A stretch of 64,000 nucleotides of DNA from an uncultured Chthonomonadaceae bacterium (GCA_963835065.1 CAWIEK010000003.1:163449-227448); one strand, 5' to 3'; positions 29,512 to 39,819 are shown, counted from the first letter of the stretch. Numbers and translations are program-made. Notes: generated by a model from the sequence alone, not told the origin.

Positions 29512-31830
29512 ATGACCGATACTCTTTATGCCGCGCCCGAAACGGGTCTTGCCAACCGGGAAGAAGCGCCCAATACGTTCCCGCCTGCTTCCGATGTTCC
29601 CCCTGACGCGCTATTATCCCCGTCTATGGGAAGTGGCGACGCGCAGAACGGGCAGGACGGGCAGGGAATAGCCCTGCGCATCGCCAACATTATCGCGCAG
29701 CGCAAGCCGTACCGGGAGCGCGTACAGCGGCTGCAAGTACAGTTGAACATGCTGGACGGCGCGCTGCGCAATCTGCGCGACTGGATTCCCAACTTGCAAA
29801 ACGAGGAATCGTATGCCCGCATTTCCGCGCTTCCGTTGGACAGCCTGATCAAGCGCATCGGGCAGCAACAGGAAGTTTTAGAAACCCTGCGCGCCCGCTT
29901 TCAGCGCGAAACGCTCAATATCGCCGTTGTCGGGATCGCGCGCATGGGCAAAAGCCGCTTATTGCGCAGCCTGTCGGGACTCAGCCCGGACGTGATTCCC
30001 GACCGGGGCGGCGACCCCTGCACGGGCGTTCGCAGCGCCATTTTCGATCAGCCCGGCAGTGACACGTATGCCGAAATCGAATACCACACGTCCCAATCCC
30101 TGCTCGAAATCCTGTGGGCGTACTGGGACAAGATCAAATTGCCGCTGGCCCGCCCGTACAATCTCGACGCCTTTTTCAGCATTGCTTTACCCGAAGAAGC
30201 GCCCCCCTCCGAACACGCGGCGGAGCATCAGGAACTGCTTAACGAACTGCGCAAGTACCAGCGTATCCGCCCCCTGATAAACCATTTGGGAACCACGCAG
30301 ACGGTGCGCCGCGAAGACATTGCCCGACTGGTCACGCAGCCCGCCAATGAAACGAATGACCCGGAAGCGTACACGTATCTGCTCGTAAAAGAAGCGACCA
30401 TTTACACCCATTTCCCGTATGACAACGTGAGCAAGATCGGCCTGATTGACCTGCCGGGATTGGGCGAAGCGACATTGGGCGGGCCGGAGCGCGTCACCAA
30501 CACCCTGCGCCTGAGCGCGGACGTAGCCCTGTTCGTGCGCCGTCCGACCGCAACCGATTTCGCCAACAAAGACGAGCATTTCAAACTGTACGACGCCTGC
30601 GCCCAGGCCCTGACGCACTATCTTACGCTTGACCGTTGGGCGTTTCTCGTGCTGAACTGCGACCACACGACCGGCCCCGACGCGCTGGAAAAATGCGAGT
30701 CCATTCAGCGCAGCATCAACAAGCCCACGTCGCGCATGAAATTCTTCGGGCAGGCCATTTGCGATTGTTCCGATCAGGAGCAGGTGGAAGAACTGGTGCT
30801 GAAACCCCTGCTGAACACCATTTCGGAAAAAATCGGCGAACTGGATCGGGATTTCGTCCGCGCCTTTGCCCGCGACATTCGGCAATTGCAATTGGATGTG
30901 TCGAGCGCGCTGCACACCGCCCGTATCGAATTGGGAAGCAGCGACGATCTGGAAGACCAACTGTTGCGCGACAACTTCGATACGCTTTGGGACAACCTGA
31001 AAGCCGGGCTGTACGATCTGGTCAACGAACTGGAAATCGCGGGGGATGAGCCGGACGCGCAGTTCAGCGAACTGGTCAACAAAACCATCGCCGAGTTTGA
31101 AAGCGCCCCCAACCTGCCCAAAGTGGAGGATTTGGCGTTTCGGATGCGGGCGGACGGCGGCTATGGCGGCCCGTATGACGAATACCGGCATACGATGCGC
31201 GCCGCGCTTTCCCAACGCCTGCGCAAACTGGACGGCGGCCTGATAAACTCGCTGGACGATGTGAAAAAGCGCGTGGCGGAAGTGTTTTTGGACGAGGGCG
31301 GACTGGGACGACTGGCCGGAAGCGAAGCCACGCTGACGCGCCTGATAGACGCTATTCCCCCTGAGCATCACCGCCTTCGCGCCGAGTTTCAGGAATTACA
31401 GGAGTTTGAAATGTCGGCGCGGGGTATGTTGGGCTACATGCTGCGCACCAAATTGAACAAGCTGGAACCCCTGCGGACGGGGATGCCCAAGCCGGAAGAG
31501 CAGGACGCCGCCCGCATGGCCGCCGACCTGAAGAAACTCGTGGATGAAACGGTACAAAGCATCAAGGACGCGCTGGAAGAAGAAGAATTCCGCAAGCCGA
31601 GCCAGTGCGCGTATGCCATTGTTGCCGACTTCCGCGATGCCGTGATTTTCGGCGACCGGATGAAGGGCGAGTGGTTTAGTTTCTACAAGCGCGAAGACAT
31701 CCGCCTGCAAGTGTGGCCCGACGTGTTCAGCAACCTCATAGACGTGCGCCAGCGCCGCGAAGAATGGCTGGAGCGCGTCCTCGCGGCGGAACGCGCCAAT
31801 GTGCCGGAACTGATGACGTTCGCTGTTTAG
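29512..31830 (+). CDS. Dynamin-like large GTPase
   Basis: G1 GIARMGKS, G2 PCTG, G3 IDLPG, G4-like VLNCD; long helical C-terminal region. Confidence 0.7.
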   Translation: MTDTLYAAPETGLANREEAPNTFPPASDVPPDALLSPSMGSGDAQNGQDGQGIALRIANIIAQRKPYRERVQRLQVQLNMLDGALRNLRDWIPNLQNEESYARISALPLDSLIKRIGQQQEVLETLRARFQRETLNIAVVGIARMGKSRLLRSLSGLSPDVIPDRGGDPCTGVRSAIFDQPGSDTYAEIEYHTSQSLLEILWAYWDKIKLPLARPYNLDAFFSIALPEEAPPSEHAAEHQELLNELRKYQRIRPLINHLGTTQTVRREDIARLVTQPANETNDPEAYTYLLVKEATIYTHFPYDNVSKIGLIDLPGLGEATLGGPERVTNTLRLSADVALFVRRPTATDFANKDEHFKLYDACAQALTHYLTLDRWAFLVLNCDHTTGPDALEKCESIQRSINKPTSRMKFFGQAICDCSDQEQVEELVLKPLLNTISEKIGELDRDFVRAFARDIRQLQLDVSSALHTARIELGSSDDLEDQLLRDNFDTLWDNLKAGLYDLVNELEIAGDEPDAQFSELVNKTIAEFESAPNLPKVEDLAFRMRADGGYGGPYDEYRHTMRAALSQRLRKLDGGLINSLDDVKKRVAEVFLDEGGLGRLAGSEATLTRLIDAIPPEHHRLRAEFQELQEFEMSARGMLGYMLRTKLNKLEPLRTGMPKPEEQDAARMAADLKKLVDETVQSIKDALEEEEFRKPSQCAYAIVADFRDAVIFGDRMKGEWFSFYKREDIRLQVWPDVFSNLIDVRQRREEWLERVLAAERANVPELMTFAV

Positions 31831-31935
31831 GCATTAGGCATTAGGCATTAGGCAGCTCATTGTCGGCTGAAACGTATCGTGTCTTTAGACGACGGTATTC
31901 TGCTGAAACTGCTAATGCCTTAATGCCTAATGCCT
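31828..31935. repeat. Fold-back element, (GGCATTA)n arms
   Basis: Left arm starts at the TAG stop (31828-31854); right arm 31909-31935. Confidence 0.88.
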
Positions 31936-31941
31936 CTCCTC

Positions 31942-33474
31942 CTACCCTACCAACGGCCTGACCACCTTGCCGTACACGTCCGTCAGGCGGAAGTCGCGGC
32001 CCTGATAGCGGTAGGTCAGGCGCGTGTGGTCAATGCCTAACTGGTTCATAATCGTAGCCTGTAGGTCGTGGATGTGGACAGGGTTGGATGCGACGTTGTA
32101 GCAGTAATCGTCCGTTTCGCCATACGTCGTGCCGCCTTTGAAGCCGCCGCCCGCCACCCACATGCTGTAGCACGAACCCAGATGGTCGCGCCCATGTCCG
32201 TTCGGGTTGTTTACGTCGCCCTGCACAAAAACCGTGCGCCCGAATTCCCCGCCCCACAAGACAATGGTATCTTCCAATAATCCACGCTGCTTCAAGTCCA
32301 TGACCAGCGCGGCGGACGGCTGATCGGTATCGCGGCACTGCACTTCCAATTGCGTACTCAAGTTGCTGTGCTGATCCCAGCCGGAGTGCATGATCTGCAC
32401 GAAGCGGACGCCGCGTTCAATCAAGCGGCGGGCGAGCAGGCAGTTGCGGGCATAGGAGCCGCTGCGCTGCACGTCCGGGCCGTACAAATCGAGTACCGCT
32501 TTCGGCTCGTGGGAAATATCAAGCAGTTCGGGAACGCTGGTCTGCATTTTGTACGCCATTTCGTACTGCGTAATGCGGGTTTCGATTTCCGGGTCGTTGT
32601 ACTCGGCGAGTCGCTTTTTGTTCAATTCCGCAATGTCGTCCAGTGCGCCCCGGCGCAGATCGCGCGGCATACCGTCAGGATCGGCAAGGTACAAAACCGG
32701 ATCGCCTTCGCCCCGAAACCGCACCCCCTGATACTTGGACGGCAAAAACCCGCTGCCCCAATAATAATCATAAAACAACTGCCCGCACGTCTTGCCCCTG
32801 TCCGTAGACGTCATCACGCAAAAGGACGGCAGATCATTGGCAAGGCTGCCCAATCCATACGTCGCCCACGCGCCCATGCTGGGCCGTCCGGGTATCTGGC
32901 TGCCCGTCATAAAGAACGTCACACCCGGCGCGTGGTTGACGGCTTCCGTGTGCATGGACTTTACCAAACAAATATCGTCCGCAATGGAGCCGATGTGCGG
33001 CAGCATTTCCGAAAGCCACAGCCCGCTTTTGCCGTACTGCTTGAACGGCTTGATAGGCGGCAAAACGGGATGCGCGGTCTGCCCCGCCGTCATGGTAGAC
33101 AATCGCGCCCCGGCCCGAATGGAATCGGGAACCTGCTGGCCGCGCTTATCAAACAAATCGGGCTTGTAATCGAACAAATCCACATGCGAAGGCGCTCCGC
33201 CCTGCCACAGCACGATGACGCGCTTGGCTTTGGCGGCGAAATGAGGCAGTCCGGGCAGGGACGGCAGATTTCCGGTTGAGGGTTGTGTCCTTCCCTGCGG
33301 GTGGACGCCCGGGTTGAGGGCTGAGGGGGAAATGCCGTTTTTGCCGTCAACGGGCGCGGCGAGGCCGTCTTGCTGCAGCAGGGCGGACAGAGCGGCGACG
33401 CCGATGCCGCTTGCGGCGCGTCCGAAGAACTGGCGGCGGGAAACATGCAGCGCGTTTTCAAACTCAGGGTTCAT
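31942..33474 (-). CDS. DUF1501 (sulfatase-associated) Tat protein
   Basis: SRRQFFGR, AKRVIVLWQGGAPSHVDLFDYKP, CLLARRLIERGVRFVQ, WGGEFGRT, GRDH. Confidence 0.93.
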   Translation of the reverse strand: MNPEFENALHVSRRQFFGRAASGIGVAALSALLQQDGLAAPVDGKNGISPSALNPGVHPQGRTQPSTGNLPSLPGLPHFAAKAKRVIVLWQGGAPSHVDLFDYKPDLFDKRGQQVPDSIRAGARLSTMTAGQTAHPVLPPIKPFKQYGKSGLWLSEMLPHIGSIADDICLVKSMHTEAVNHAPGVTFFMTGSQIPGRPSMGAWATYGLGSLANDLPSFCVMTSTDRGKTCGQLFYDYYWGSGFLPSKYQGVRFRGEGDPVLYLADPDGMPRDLRRGALDDIAELNKKRLAEYNDPEIETRITQYEMAYKMQTSVPELLDISHEPKAVLDLYGPDVQRSGSYARNCLLARRLIERGVRFVQIMHSGWDQHSNLSTQLEVQCRDTDQPSAALVMDLKQRGLLEDTIVLWGGEFGRTVFVQGDVNNPNGHGRDHLGSCYSMWVAGGGFKGGTTYGETDDYCYNVASNPVHIHDLQATIMNQLGIDHTRLTYRYQGRDFRLTDVYGKVVRPLVG

Positions 33475-33502
33475 CGTTTTTCATCCTGACGGCATGAAAA
33501 TC

Positions 33503-33549
33503 TCTCCCCTTTTCCCAACGTTGAGAAAAGGGGAGAGGAATGAGGGGTC
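33503..33549. repeat. REP-like hairpin
   Basis: ctctccccttttcccaacgttgagaaaaggggagagg. Confidence 0.6.
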
Positions 33550-33550
33550 T

Positions 33551-34792
33551 TTAGCCACCCTGTACACCGGGCGGGAAGCCGGGCTGCGTGGGCGGGGGCG
33601 GCGGGGTCATGTAGCTGGCGACCTGCGCCTTTTTCTCCATCAGGTTTTGCATGAACGTTTGGAGCAGCAGCGGGTTCTGGCTCTGGTAGCGCTGGTTGAA
33701 AGCGGCCAACGCATCCTGCCGCTCCTGGGGCGTCAGGTCTTTGCCCTCTTTTTCCACCTTGATGAGATGGTAGCCGAACTTCGTCTTGATGGGACCGATG
33801 ATTTCGCCGGGTTTAGCGGTAAACGCCGCCTTGTCGAACTCTTTGAGCATCGAGCCGCGCAAAAACACGCCTAGATCGCCGCCCGAAACCTTGGAACCCG
33901 TATCGTCGCTGTTTTCCTGCGCCGCCGCCTCGAACGTCTTTTTGCCGGATTTGATGTCGGCGGCGATTTTGTTGATTTTGGTCAGCGCGGCGGCATCGGA
34001 GGCTTTCAATTCAGCGGGAGTGGCATTTTGATCCTGGGTGGTCGCCGCCAGAATATGCCGCGCGCGCAGATAATCGCCGGTTTGAGGGGCATGGCCGACA
34101 GTTTTTTCCGTGTTCTGCTGCAATTCTTTTTGCAGCGAAGCGTCCTTTTCCATCAGCTTCGTCATTTCCAATTGGGGGCGCAGACGCTCCACCAAAAGGG
34201 TTCTAGACTGCTTTTGTGACGCCAGAAATTCATCATCGCTCTGCTTGGCCGGGATTTTCCCCGCCGCACGCAGTTCGGCAATGCGCTTGCTGATGAACTC
34301 GTTCACCTGCGCATCCGTCACGACAACGTTTTCTTTCGCCGCCGTTTGTACAATGGCCTGTTCGCGCAGCATCACTTGCAATTCCTGATACAGCAGCGCA
34401 TTGGGCTTATCGCGCATGGTTGTCATAACCTGCTCGGCGGTAACAGTTGCCGTCGGCTGTGGCTTGTCGCCAAACAATTGATCCGCAACAGTTGCGCCCG
34501 CAGCCTGCGCCGCAAGCGCTTTGAAGGCGTCAGGATTGTCCGCGCGCAGGCGATTGGCAACATCCGCAAACAAAATGTTCTTGCCGTTCACGCTGCCGAC
34601 GATGTTCGGGTCAGAAGGTTTGGGCGGCGCTGCGGGCGCGGCAATCTGTGGCGCGTTGGGCTTTACAACGGGCGCGGTTTGTGGCGCATTCGCCGGTTTT
34701 TTCGGGGCGGCCTTGTCCTGCGCCTGCGAAGGGGCTAAGGCCGCTGTCCAGAGCGCTGCCGCCAAAGCGGTGGGCAGAGCGTATCGGTGCAT
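33551..34792 (-). CDS. Secreted parvulin/PpiC-type PPIase (PrsA/SurA-like foldase)
   Basis: Signal peptide; RARHIL, FEAAAQENSDDTGSKVSGGDLG, FDKAAF, PIKTKFGYHLIKV. Confidence 0.9.
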   Translation of the reverse strand: MHRYALPTALAAALWTAALAPSQAQDKAAPKKPANAPQTAPVVKPNAPQIAAPAAPPKPSDPNIVGSVNGKNILFADVANRLRADNPDAFKALAAQAAGATVADQLFGDKPQPTATVTAEQVMTTMRDKPNALLYQELQVMLREQAIVQTAAKENVVVTDAQVNEFISKRIAELRAAGKIPAKQSDDEFLASQKQSRTLLVERLRPQLEMTKLMEKDASLQKELQQNTEKTVGHAPQTGDYLRARHILAATTQDQNATPAELKASDAAALTKINKIAADIKSGKKTFEAAAQENSDDTGSKVSGGDLGVFLRGSMLKEFDKAAFTAKPGEIIGPIKTKFGYHLIKVEKEGKDLTPQERQDALAAFNQRYQSQNPLLLQTFMQNLMEKKAQVASYMTPPPPPTQPGFPPGVQGG

Positions 34793-34809
34793 GGAAAACT
34801 CCTTCGGAG

Positions 34810-34900
34810 TAGGGTGTCGGGTGTCGGGTGTCGGGTATAGGAAAAGCCTTGTGCAACTCGCGCATTGTCCTACACCCGACACCCTACCCCCGACACCCTA
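34810..34900. repeat. Fold-back element, (GGGTGTC)n arms
   Basis: 33-bp arms at 34810-34842 and 34868-34900 with 3 mismatches. Confidence 0.88.
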
Positions 34901-36018
34901 TCCCATAGCGTGTAAACAGCAATTGCTGTAAGGTTTCAATCGAGCGCGCGGCGAATTTTTGAGCCTGAGCGGTTTGCTGCGGGCTGACGTCGGGCGCGTG
35001 ATGGTCGGTGAGCGTGGGAAGTTGGGCGCGATGCGCGTAATCTGGCCGGAACCGCGTCGGGAAGATCAAGGCCGGCAAGCGTGGAAACGGCAAGCGTCCA
35101 CATGCGCGGCACGGTTGTTAGATTATAGCCGCCCCCGCCGACGGCCACAATGGGTTTGCCTAACGCCTGCACGTCCTGAATGGCTTGCAGCCAGCCTTGC
35201 GCGGTCAGGCAGACATGGGCGAGTGGGTCGAACTCGTGTGTGTCCGTGCCCATTTGCAGCAGAATGGCATCGGGGTTGAACGCTTTCAAAATCGGCAGCG
35301 CGGCAGTCCGCCACGCATGAAGCCAGATTTCATCGGTCGTGTAAGGCGCAAACGGCAGGTTCACGCTATAGCCTTCGCCCGCGCCCGTTCCGATTTCGTC
35401 CGTGTCCCCTGTGCCGGGAAACAAAAATCGCCCGCTTTCGTGCAGCGACACGGTTAATACGGAAGGGTCATCGTAGAAAAGTTCCTGTACGCCGTCGCCG
35501 TGATGCACGTCAATGTCCACATAAGCGACGCGGGCATATTTTTGGCGCAGACGCCGCAAACCCATCGCGCAGTCATTGAGAACGCAAAACCCGGCGGCTT
35601 TGGCGTAGTGCGCGTGGTGCAGGCCGCCCGACATATTAAACGCGACTTGCCCGCCACCCGCGCCATCCATAACCGCCTGCGCCGCGTCTACGGATCCGCC
35701 CGAATACAGCAGCGACACGTCATAGATATGCGGGAAAATGGGATTATCGCCCGTGCCGAAGCCGAATTTGCGAACGTTCTTCACGTCCTCGCCCCGATCC
35801 AAAGCGCTGAGAACTTCCAGATAATCCCGGCTGTGCGTAAGCGCCGCTTCCTCCCAACTGGCCGCCTGTGGCGCGACGACTTCCAGCCCGTTCTGGAACG
35901 CGCCGTAGCTGTCCAGCAGGTCATAAGTCATGCGCAGACGTTCCGGCTTCAGCGGATGCTGCGGCCCCATGTCATACCCCAACAGGGCGTCCGAATAGAA
36001 AAAAAGTGGTCGGCTCAT
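34884..36018 (-). CDS. acuC: AcuC-like Zn-dependent (histone deacetylase family) deacetylase, with a +1 frameshift at about 35046 near the C-terminus
   Basis: HPLKPER, GGLHHA..GFCVLND, YVDIDVHHGDGVQ, SLHESGRFLFPGTG, GGGGYN; the corrected tail ends QLLFTRYGIGCRG*. Confidence 0.85.
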
Positions 36019-36395
36019 GAAATTATTGTACCAGCAAAACCCGGCGGATGCAGCGACAAAATGGGTGTTGTGTGTTGGGTATTAGGTATTGGGATTTTGT
36101 CTTCTGTCCTCTTTTTATCCCTTGCGTGGTAAATTCGGGAACTTCCTGCGCGAACGCACCGTCCATACGGCAACTGTTCACTGCGCTGTTGTAAAGCAGT
36201 TCAGGGGAACAAACTTACCGTTTTTCAGTAACTTGCAGTCGCCGCGCGGTGCGGCTTTTCTAAACACAATCGGGATCGTCTAAACCTGCTGATGATTGCA
36301 TCTGTTGGGTTATACGCTCCGAAACTCAAACCAAATAGAGTTGACTATCGCGTTTCGCGTCTCTTGATGGATGTGAACACGCTGGGAGAACCAAG

Positions 36396-36647
36396 ATGTT
36401 ATTCTGGATAATTGTTGGTATCATTGCGGGCGCATTGGCGAAAGCCGTTGTTCCGGGCGAAGGCCCCGGCGGTATTCTCGGCGATTTGATTGTCGGCATT
36501 GTGGGCGCAATGATCGGTGGCTTTGTCGCCGGTACACTTGGCTTGGCCGCGTATGGCTTCATCGGCACAACCCTTGTCGCCTTTGTCGGAGCCATCATCC
36601 TGCTGTTCCTGTTGCGCGCTTTCTCCACGCGCCGCTCGACGTTCTAA
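36396..36647 (+). CDS. GlsB/YeaQ/YmgE transglycosylase-associated membrane protein
   Basis: WIIVGIIAGALAK..GIVGAMIGG..AFVGAIILL. Confidence 0.9.
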   Translation: MLFWIIVGIIAGALAKAVVPGEGPGGILGDLIVGIVGAMIGGFVAGTLGLAAYGFIGTTLVAFVGAIILLFLLRAFSTRRSTF

Positions 36648-36696
36648 CGCGCCTACATTTCGAGGCTTCAACCAAGCGGCTGAAGCCGATATAAAA

Positions 36697-36749
36697 GCAT
36701 GAAAATACTCCTCCTGTCTCAAGATGAGACAGGAGGAGTATTTTCATGC
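36697..36749. terminator. 25-bp perfect hairpin
   Basis: GCATGAAAATACTCCTCCTGTCTCA-AGA-TGAGACAGGAGGAGTATTTTCATGC. Confidence 0.6.
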
Positions 36750-36956
36750 GTCAAACGTAAAAATGTGGTGACGCGCTAAAGTTGAACACTTGTTGTGCCG
36801 AATATGTAGCTGCCATCGGAATACTCTGCTGTAACTTCATACCGGCACAATCCTATAGCGGCATAAATCCATAACGACAACTGCATACCGTTCAAAATTA
36901 AATAGCGAATCAGGCTGAAAAACCGAATACCGTTTTCCACTTCTGCCCGATGTTTG

Positions 36957-36990
36957 ACAAGGCCGGAACGCAATAGCGTTCCGGCCTTGT
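36957..36990. terminator. Hairpin downstream of apt
   Basis: ACAAGGCCGGAACGC..GCGTTCCGGCCTTGT. Confidence 0.55.
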
Positions 36991-37109
36991 TGCGTAGGAA
37001 AGTTTCAGGTGTCAGGTGTCAGGATAAACTGCTGTTTCGCGCTTACTATTGCGCTATATCAGTATCATCCTGACACCTGACACCTGAAACCTGAAACCTT
37101 CCTTACGCA
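36991..37109. repeat. Fold-back element, (CAGGTGT)n arms
   Basis: Arms at 36991-37025 and 37067-37109; the right arm includes the apt stop codon. Confidence 0.85.
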
Positions 37110-37627
37110 TACCGTATCAGCGAGTTGATCTCATACGCGCCCAGCACTTTGCGGCCTTCCAAAAAGTCGAGTTCCGCGAGGAAGCCGCAGCCCGCCACCT
37201 TACCGCCGACGCGCTCGATCAGGCGACAGGCCGCCGCCGCCGTGCCGCCCGTTGCCAGCAGGTCGTCAATTACGAGGACGCGCTGACCGAACTTGACCGC
37301 ATCCGCGTGCATTTCCACTGTGTTTGTGCCGTATTCCAGCGCGTATTCTTCCGTCACGCGCTCGCCGGGCAGCTTGCCCAGTTTGCGCAGGGGAATAAAC
37401 CCGACATTCAGCGCCAGCGCAAGCGGCGCTCCAAAAATAAAGCCCCGCGCTTCAATGCCCAACACCAAATCCGGGTTCAGCCCTTTGGCCCATTCCGCCA
37501 TGACTTCCACCACTTGCTTCAGCGCAGCCGGGTCCTGCACGACGGGAGTGATGTCTTTGAAAACAATGCCGGGAATCGGGAAATCCGGCACATCGCGAAC
37601 CAGGCTTTCGGCCAGCAGTTTGTCCAT
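37103..37627 (-). CDS. apt: Adenine phosphoribosyltransferase
   Basis: VRDVPDFPIPGIVFKDITP, GIEARGF, YALEYGT, VIDDLLATGGT. Confidence 0.97.
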   Translation of the reverse strand: MDKLLAESLVRDVPDFPIPGIVFKDITPVVQDPAALKQVVEVMAEWAKGLNPDLVLGIEARGFIFGAPLALALNVGFIPLRKLGKLPGERVTEEYALEYGTNTVEMHADAVKFGQRVLVIDDLLATGGTAAAACRLIERVGGKVAGCGFLAELDFLEGRKVLGAYEINSLIRYA

Positions 37628-37645
37628 TGGGTACTCCTTGTGATT

Positions 37646-37762
37646 AGGCATTCGGCATTAGGCACCAGGCATTGGGAGGCCCGATTGGAACCGAAACTGT
37701 GATAAACCGCTTGAATTCCGAAGCGAAGCACTCTAATGCCTGATGCCTAATGCCGAATGCCT
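37646..37762. repeat. Fold-back element, (GGCATTA)n arms
   Basis: Arms at 37646-37677 and 37731-37762; one arm encodes the mtnA tail GIRH*. Confidence 0.85.
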
Positions 37763-38862
37763 GCCAGTTCTTTATCGGCAATTCGGCTGGTTTCCGTCAC
37801 AGCTTTTTGGGGCTGCGCTTCCAGCAGAGTGGTTTCATACGGGGGTTCGATAATGCCCCGTTCCGTGATGAAGGCGGTTACGAGTTCGCCCGGCGTCACG
37901 TCGAAGGAGGGGTTCAGCACCGCAACGCCTTCGGGCGCAACCCGGATTCCTTCGATATGCGTGACTTCCACGCTTTCGCGGTCTTCGATGGGAATTTGCA
38001 GGCCGGACGCGAGCTTCATATCAATGGTGGAAAACGGCGCGGCCACATAAAAAGGGATGTTGTGGTGTTTGGCAAGCACGGCCAGGCTGTACGTGCCGAT
38101 TTTGTTGGCCGTGTCGCCATTGGATGCGATACGATCCGCGCCCACAATCACGCAGTCTACTTTGCCCTGCCGCATCAGCGCCCCCGCCATATTGTCGGCA
38201 ATCACGGTCACAGGAATGTTGTCGCGGTGCAGTTCCCACGCGGTCAGCTTCATGCCCTGCAAGCGGGGGCGCGTTTCATCCGCATACACATGGATGCGCT
38301 TGCCCTCTTCCACCGCCGCGCGAATCACGCCCAATGCTGTGCCATAGCCAACCGTCGCCAATGCGCCCGCGTTACAGTGCGTCAAAACGTTGCCCTGCGC
38401 GGGCATCAAATCGGCTCCGAACTTGCCCATGCGCCGGTTCGCGGCAATGTCCTCGTCCAGCATCATCCGCGCTTCCGATAGAAGCGCGTCTTTAATATCT
38501 ACGGGATTGCCGTCCGTATTCGCGGCCACGTCCAGCATCCGGTCAATGGCCCAAAACAGGTTTACGGCTGTCGGGCGGGCGGCGCGGAACGTGTCGGCAA
38601 TCCCTGTAATGCGCTTGAGGAACGACTCGCGGCTGTCAGCGATAATTCCCCGCGCGCCCAATGCAATACCCAACGCCGCCGCGCAGCCAATCGCAGGAGC
38701 GCCGCGCACGATCATTGTGCGTATCGCTTCCGCCACTTCGCGCCAGTCGGCCATATCCACGTACTGCAATTTTTCCGGCAGCGCGGTCTGGTCAATCAGG
38801 CGCACCTTGCCGCTCTGCCATGCCACCGTTTGCAACTCTTTGTTCTGCGCCCCTAGCTGCAT
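37747..38862 (-). CDS. mtnA: Methylthioribose-1-phosphate isomerase
   Basis: MIVRGAPAIG, RPTAVNLFWA, LTHCNAGALAT, DETRPRLQG, ANKIGTY. Confidence 0.96.
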   Translation of the reverse strand: MQLGAQNKELQTVAWQSGKVRLIDQTALPEKLQYVDMADWREVAEAIRTMIVRGAPAIGCAAALGIALGARGIIADSRESFLKRITGIADTFRAARPTAVNLFWAIDRMLDVAANTDGNPVDIKDALLSEARMMLDEDIAANRRMGKFGADLMPAQGNVLTHCNAGALATVGYGTALGVIRAAVEEGKRIHVYADETRPRLQGMKLTAWELHRDNIPVTVIADNMAGALMRQGKVDCVIVGADRIASNGDTANKIGTYSLAVLAKHHNIPFYVAAPFSTIDMKLASGLQIPIEDRESVEVTHIEGIRVAPEGVAVLNPSFDVTPGELVTAFITERGIIEPPYETTLLEAQPQKAVTETSRIADKELAGIRH

Positions 38863-38874
38863 GTTTCTCTCCAA

Positions 38875-38993
38875 AGTAGTCAGTAGCGAGTAGTCAGTAG
38901 TCAGTAAAAACTCGCTACTGATAGCCGTATTACAACCTGCAAGGCTGAGAAACCGGTGTTCTACTGACTACTGACTACTCGCTACTGACTACT
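38875..38993. repeat. Fold-back element, (GTAGTCA)n arms
   Basis: 35-bp arms at 38875-38909 and 38959-38993 with 1 mismatch; spans the mtnP stop to the mtnA RBS. Confidence 0.9.
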
Positions 38994-39819
38994 ATATCAC
39001 TACTTTCGCCTGCTCCAGCGCATGATGGCACGGGCTGTCGAGATCGAGGGGGATGCGGCGTATCAAGTCCAGCACCACGCTTTTGATGCGGGAAGCGTTC
39101 TTCTGAAAGACGGCGTAGACTTCGCCCGCCTGCACCGGAGCCACATCGCCTTCCAAACCGCTGTCATAATCCGTAATCAGGGAGATGTTGACGACCGCGA
39201 TGTTTTGTTCCAGCGCGAGGTACGCTTCCGGGTACTGCGTCATGCCGATCACTTCCCAGCCTGCCGCCGTAAACCACCGGCTTTCCGCTTTGGTGGAAAA
39301 GCGCGGCCCGCCGATGACCACCAATGTTCCCCGCTCATGCACCGTGATGCCATGCTCTTTAATCACGTCAATGGCGAGTTGGCGTAAATGCGGACAATAC
39401 GGGTCGGCGCTGCTGACGTGGTACACATCCGGGCCGTCGTAAAAGGTATCTTTGCGCCCGCGCGTCCGGTCTACGTATTGGTCGCACACGACAAAGTGTT
39501 CCGGTTTAACGTGGCGCTGCAAACTGCCTGCCGCGCACGGGCTGATGAGAAACTTTACGCCCAAATGCTTCATTGCCCACACATTGGCGCGGTAATTGAT
39601 GTTGTGCGGCGGAATGGTATGATGGCGTCCATGCCGGGGCAAAAAGGCGATCCGCTTGCCGTCCAGTTCCGCCAGAAACACGCTGTCGCTCGGCGGTCCA
39701 TAAGGCGTTTCGATCTGCGCTTCGCGCACGTTATCCAGCAGGGAGTAAAACCCGCTGCCGCCAAACACGCCGATGTCTGCGGCAGGCGGCGGCATTGCTT
39801 CATCATTCGACATATTCAC
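38992..39819 (-). CDS. mtnP: 5'-methylthioadenosine phosphorylase
   Basis: IGVFGGSG, TPYGPPS, FLPRHG..NYRAN, GPRFSTKAES, GMTQYPE, TDYD. Confidence 0.95.
   Translation of the reverse strand: MNMSNDEAMPPPAADIGVFGGSGFYSLLDNVREAQIETPYGPPSDSVFLAELDGKRIAFLPRHGRHHTIPPHNINYRANVWAMKHLGVKFLISPCAAGSLQRHVKPEHFVVCDQYVDRTRGRKDTFYDGPDVYHVSSADPYCPHLRQLAIDVIKEHGITVHERGTLVVIGGPRFSTKAESRWFTAAGWEVIGMTQYPEAYLALEQNIAVVNISLITDYDSGLEGDVAPVQAGEVYAVFQKNASRIKSVVLDLIRRIPLDLDSPCHHALEQAKVVI

Noticed and set aside
31828..31935. Repeat-spacer-repeat structures as mini-CRISPR arrays
   Set aside because: The repeats are inverted tandem 7-9-mers with a single spacer, and no cas genes are present
36776..36973. 65-aa minus-strand ORF
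   Set aside because: It starts within a hairpin, has no RBS and no recognisable motif
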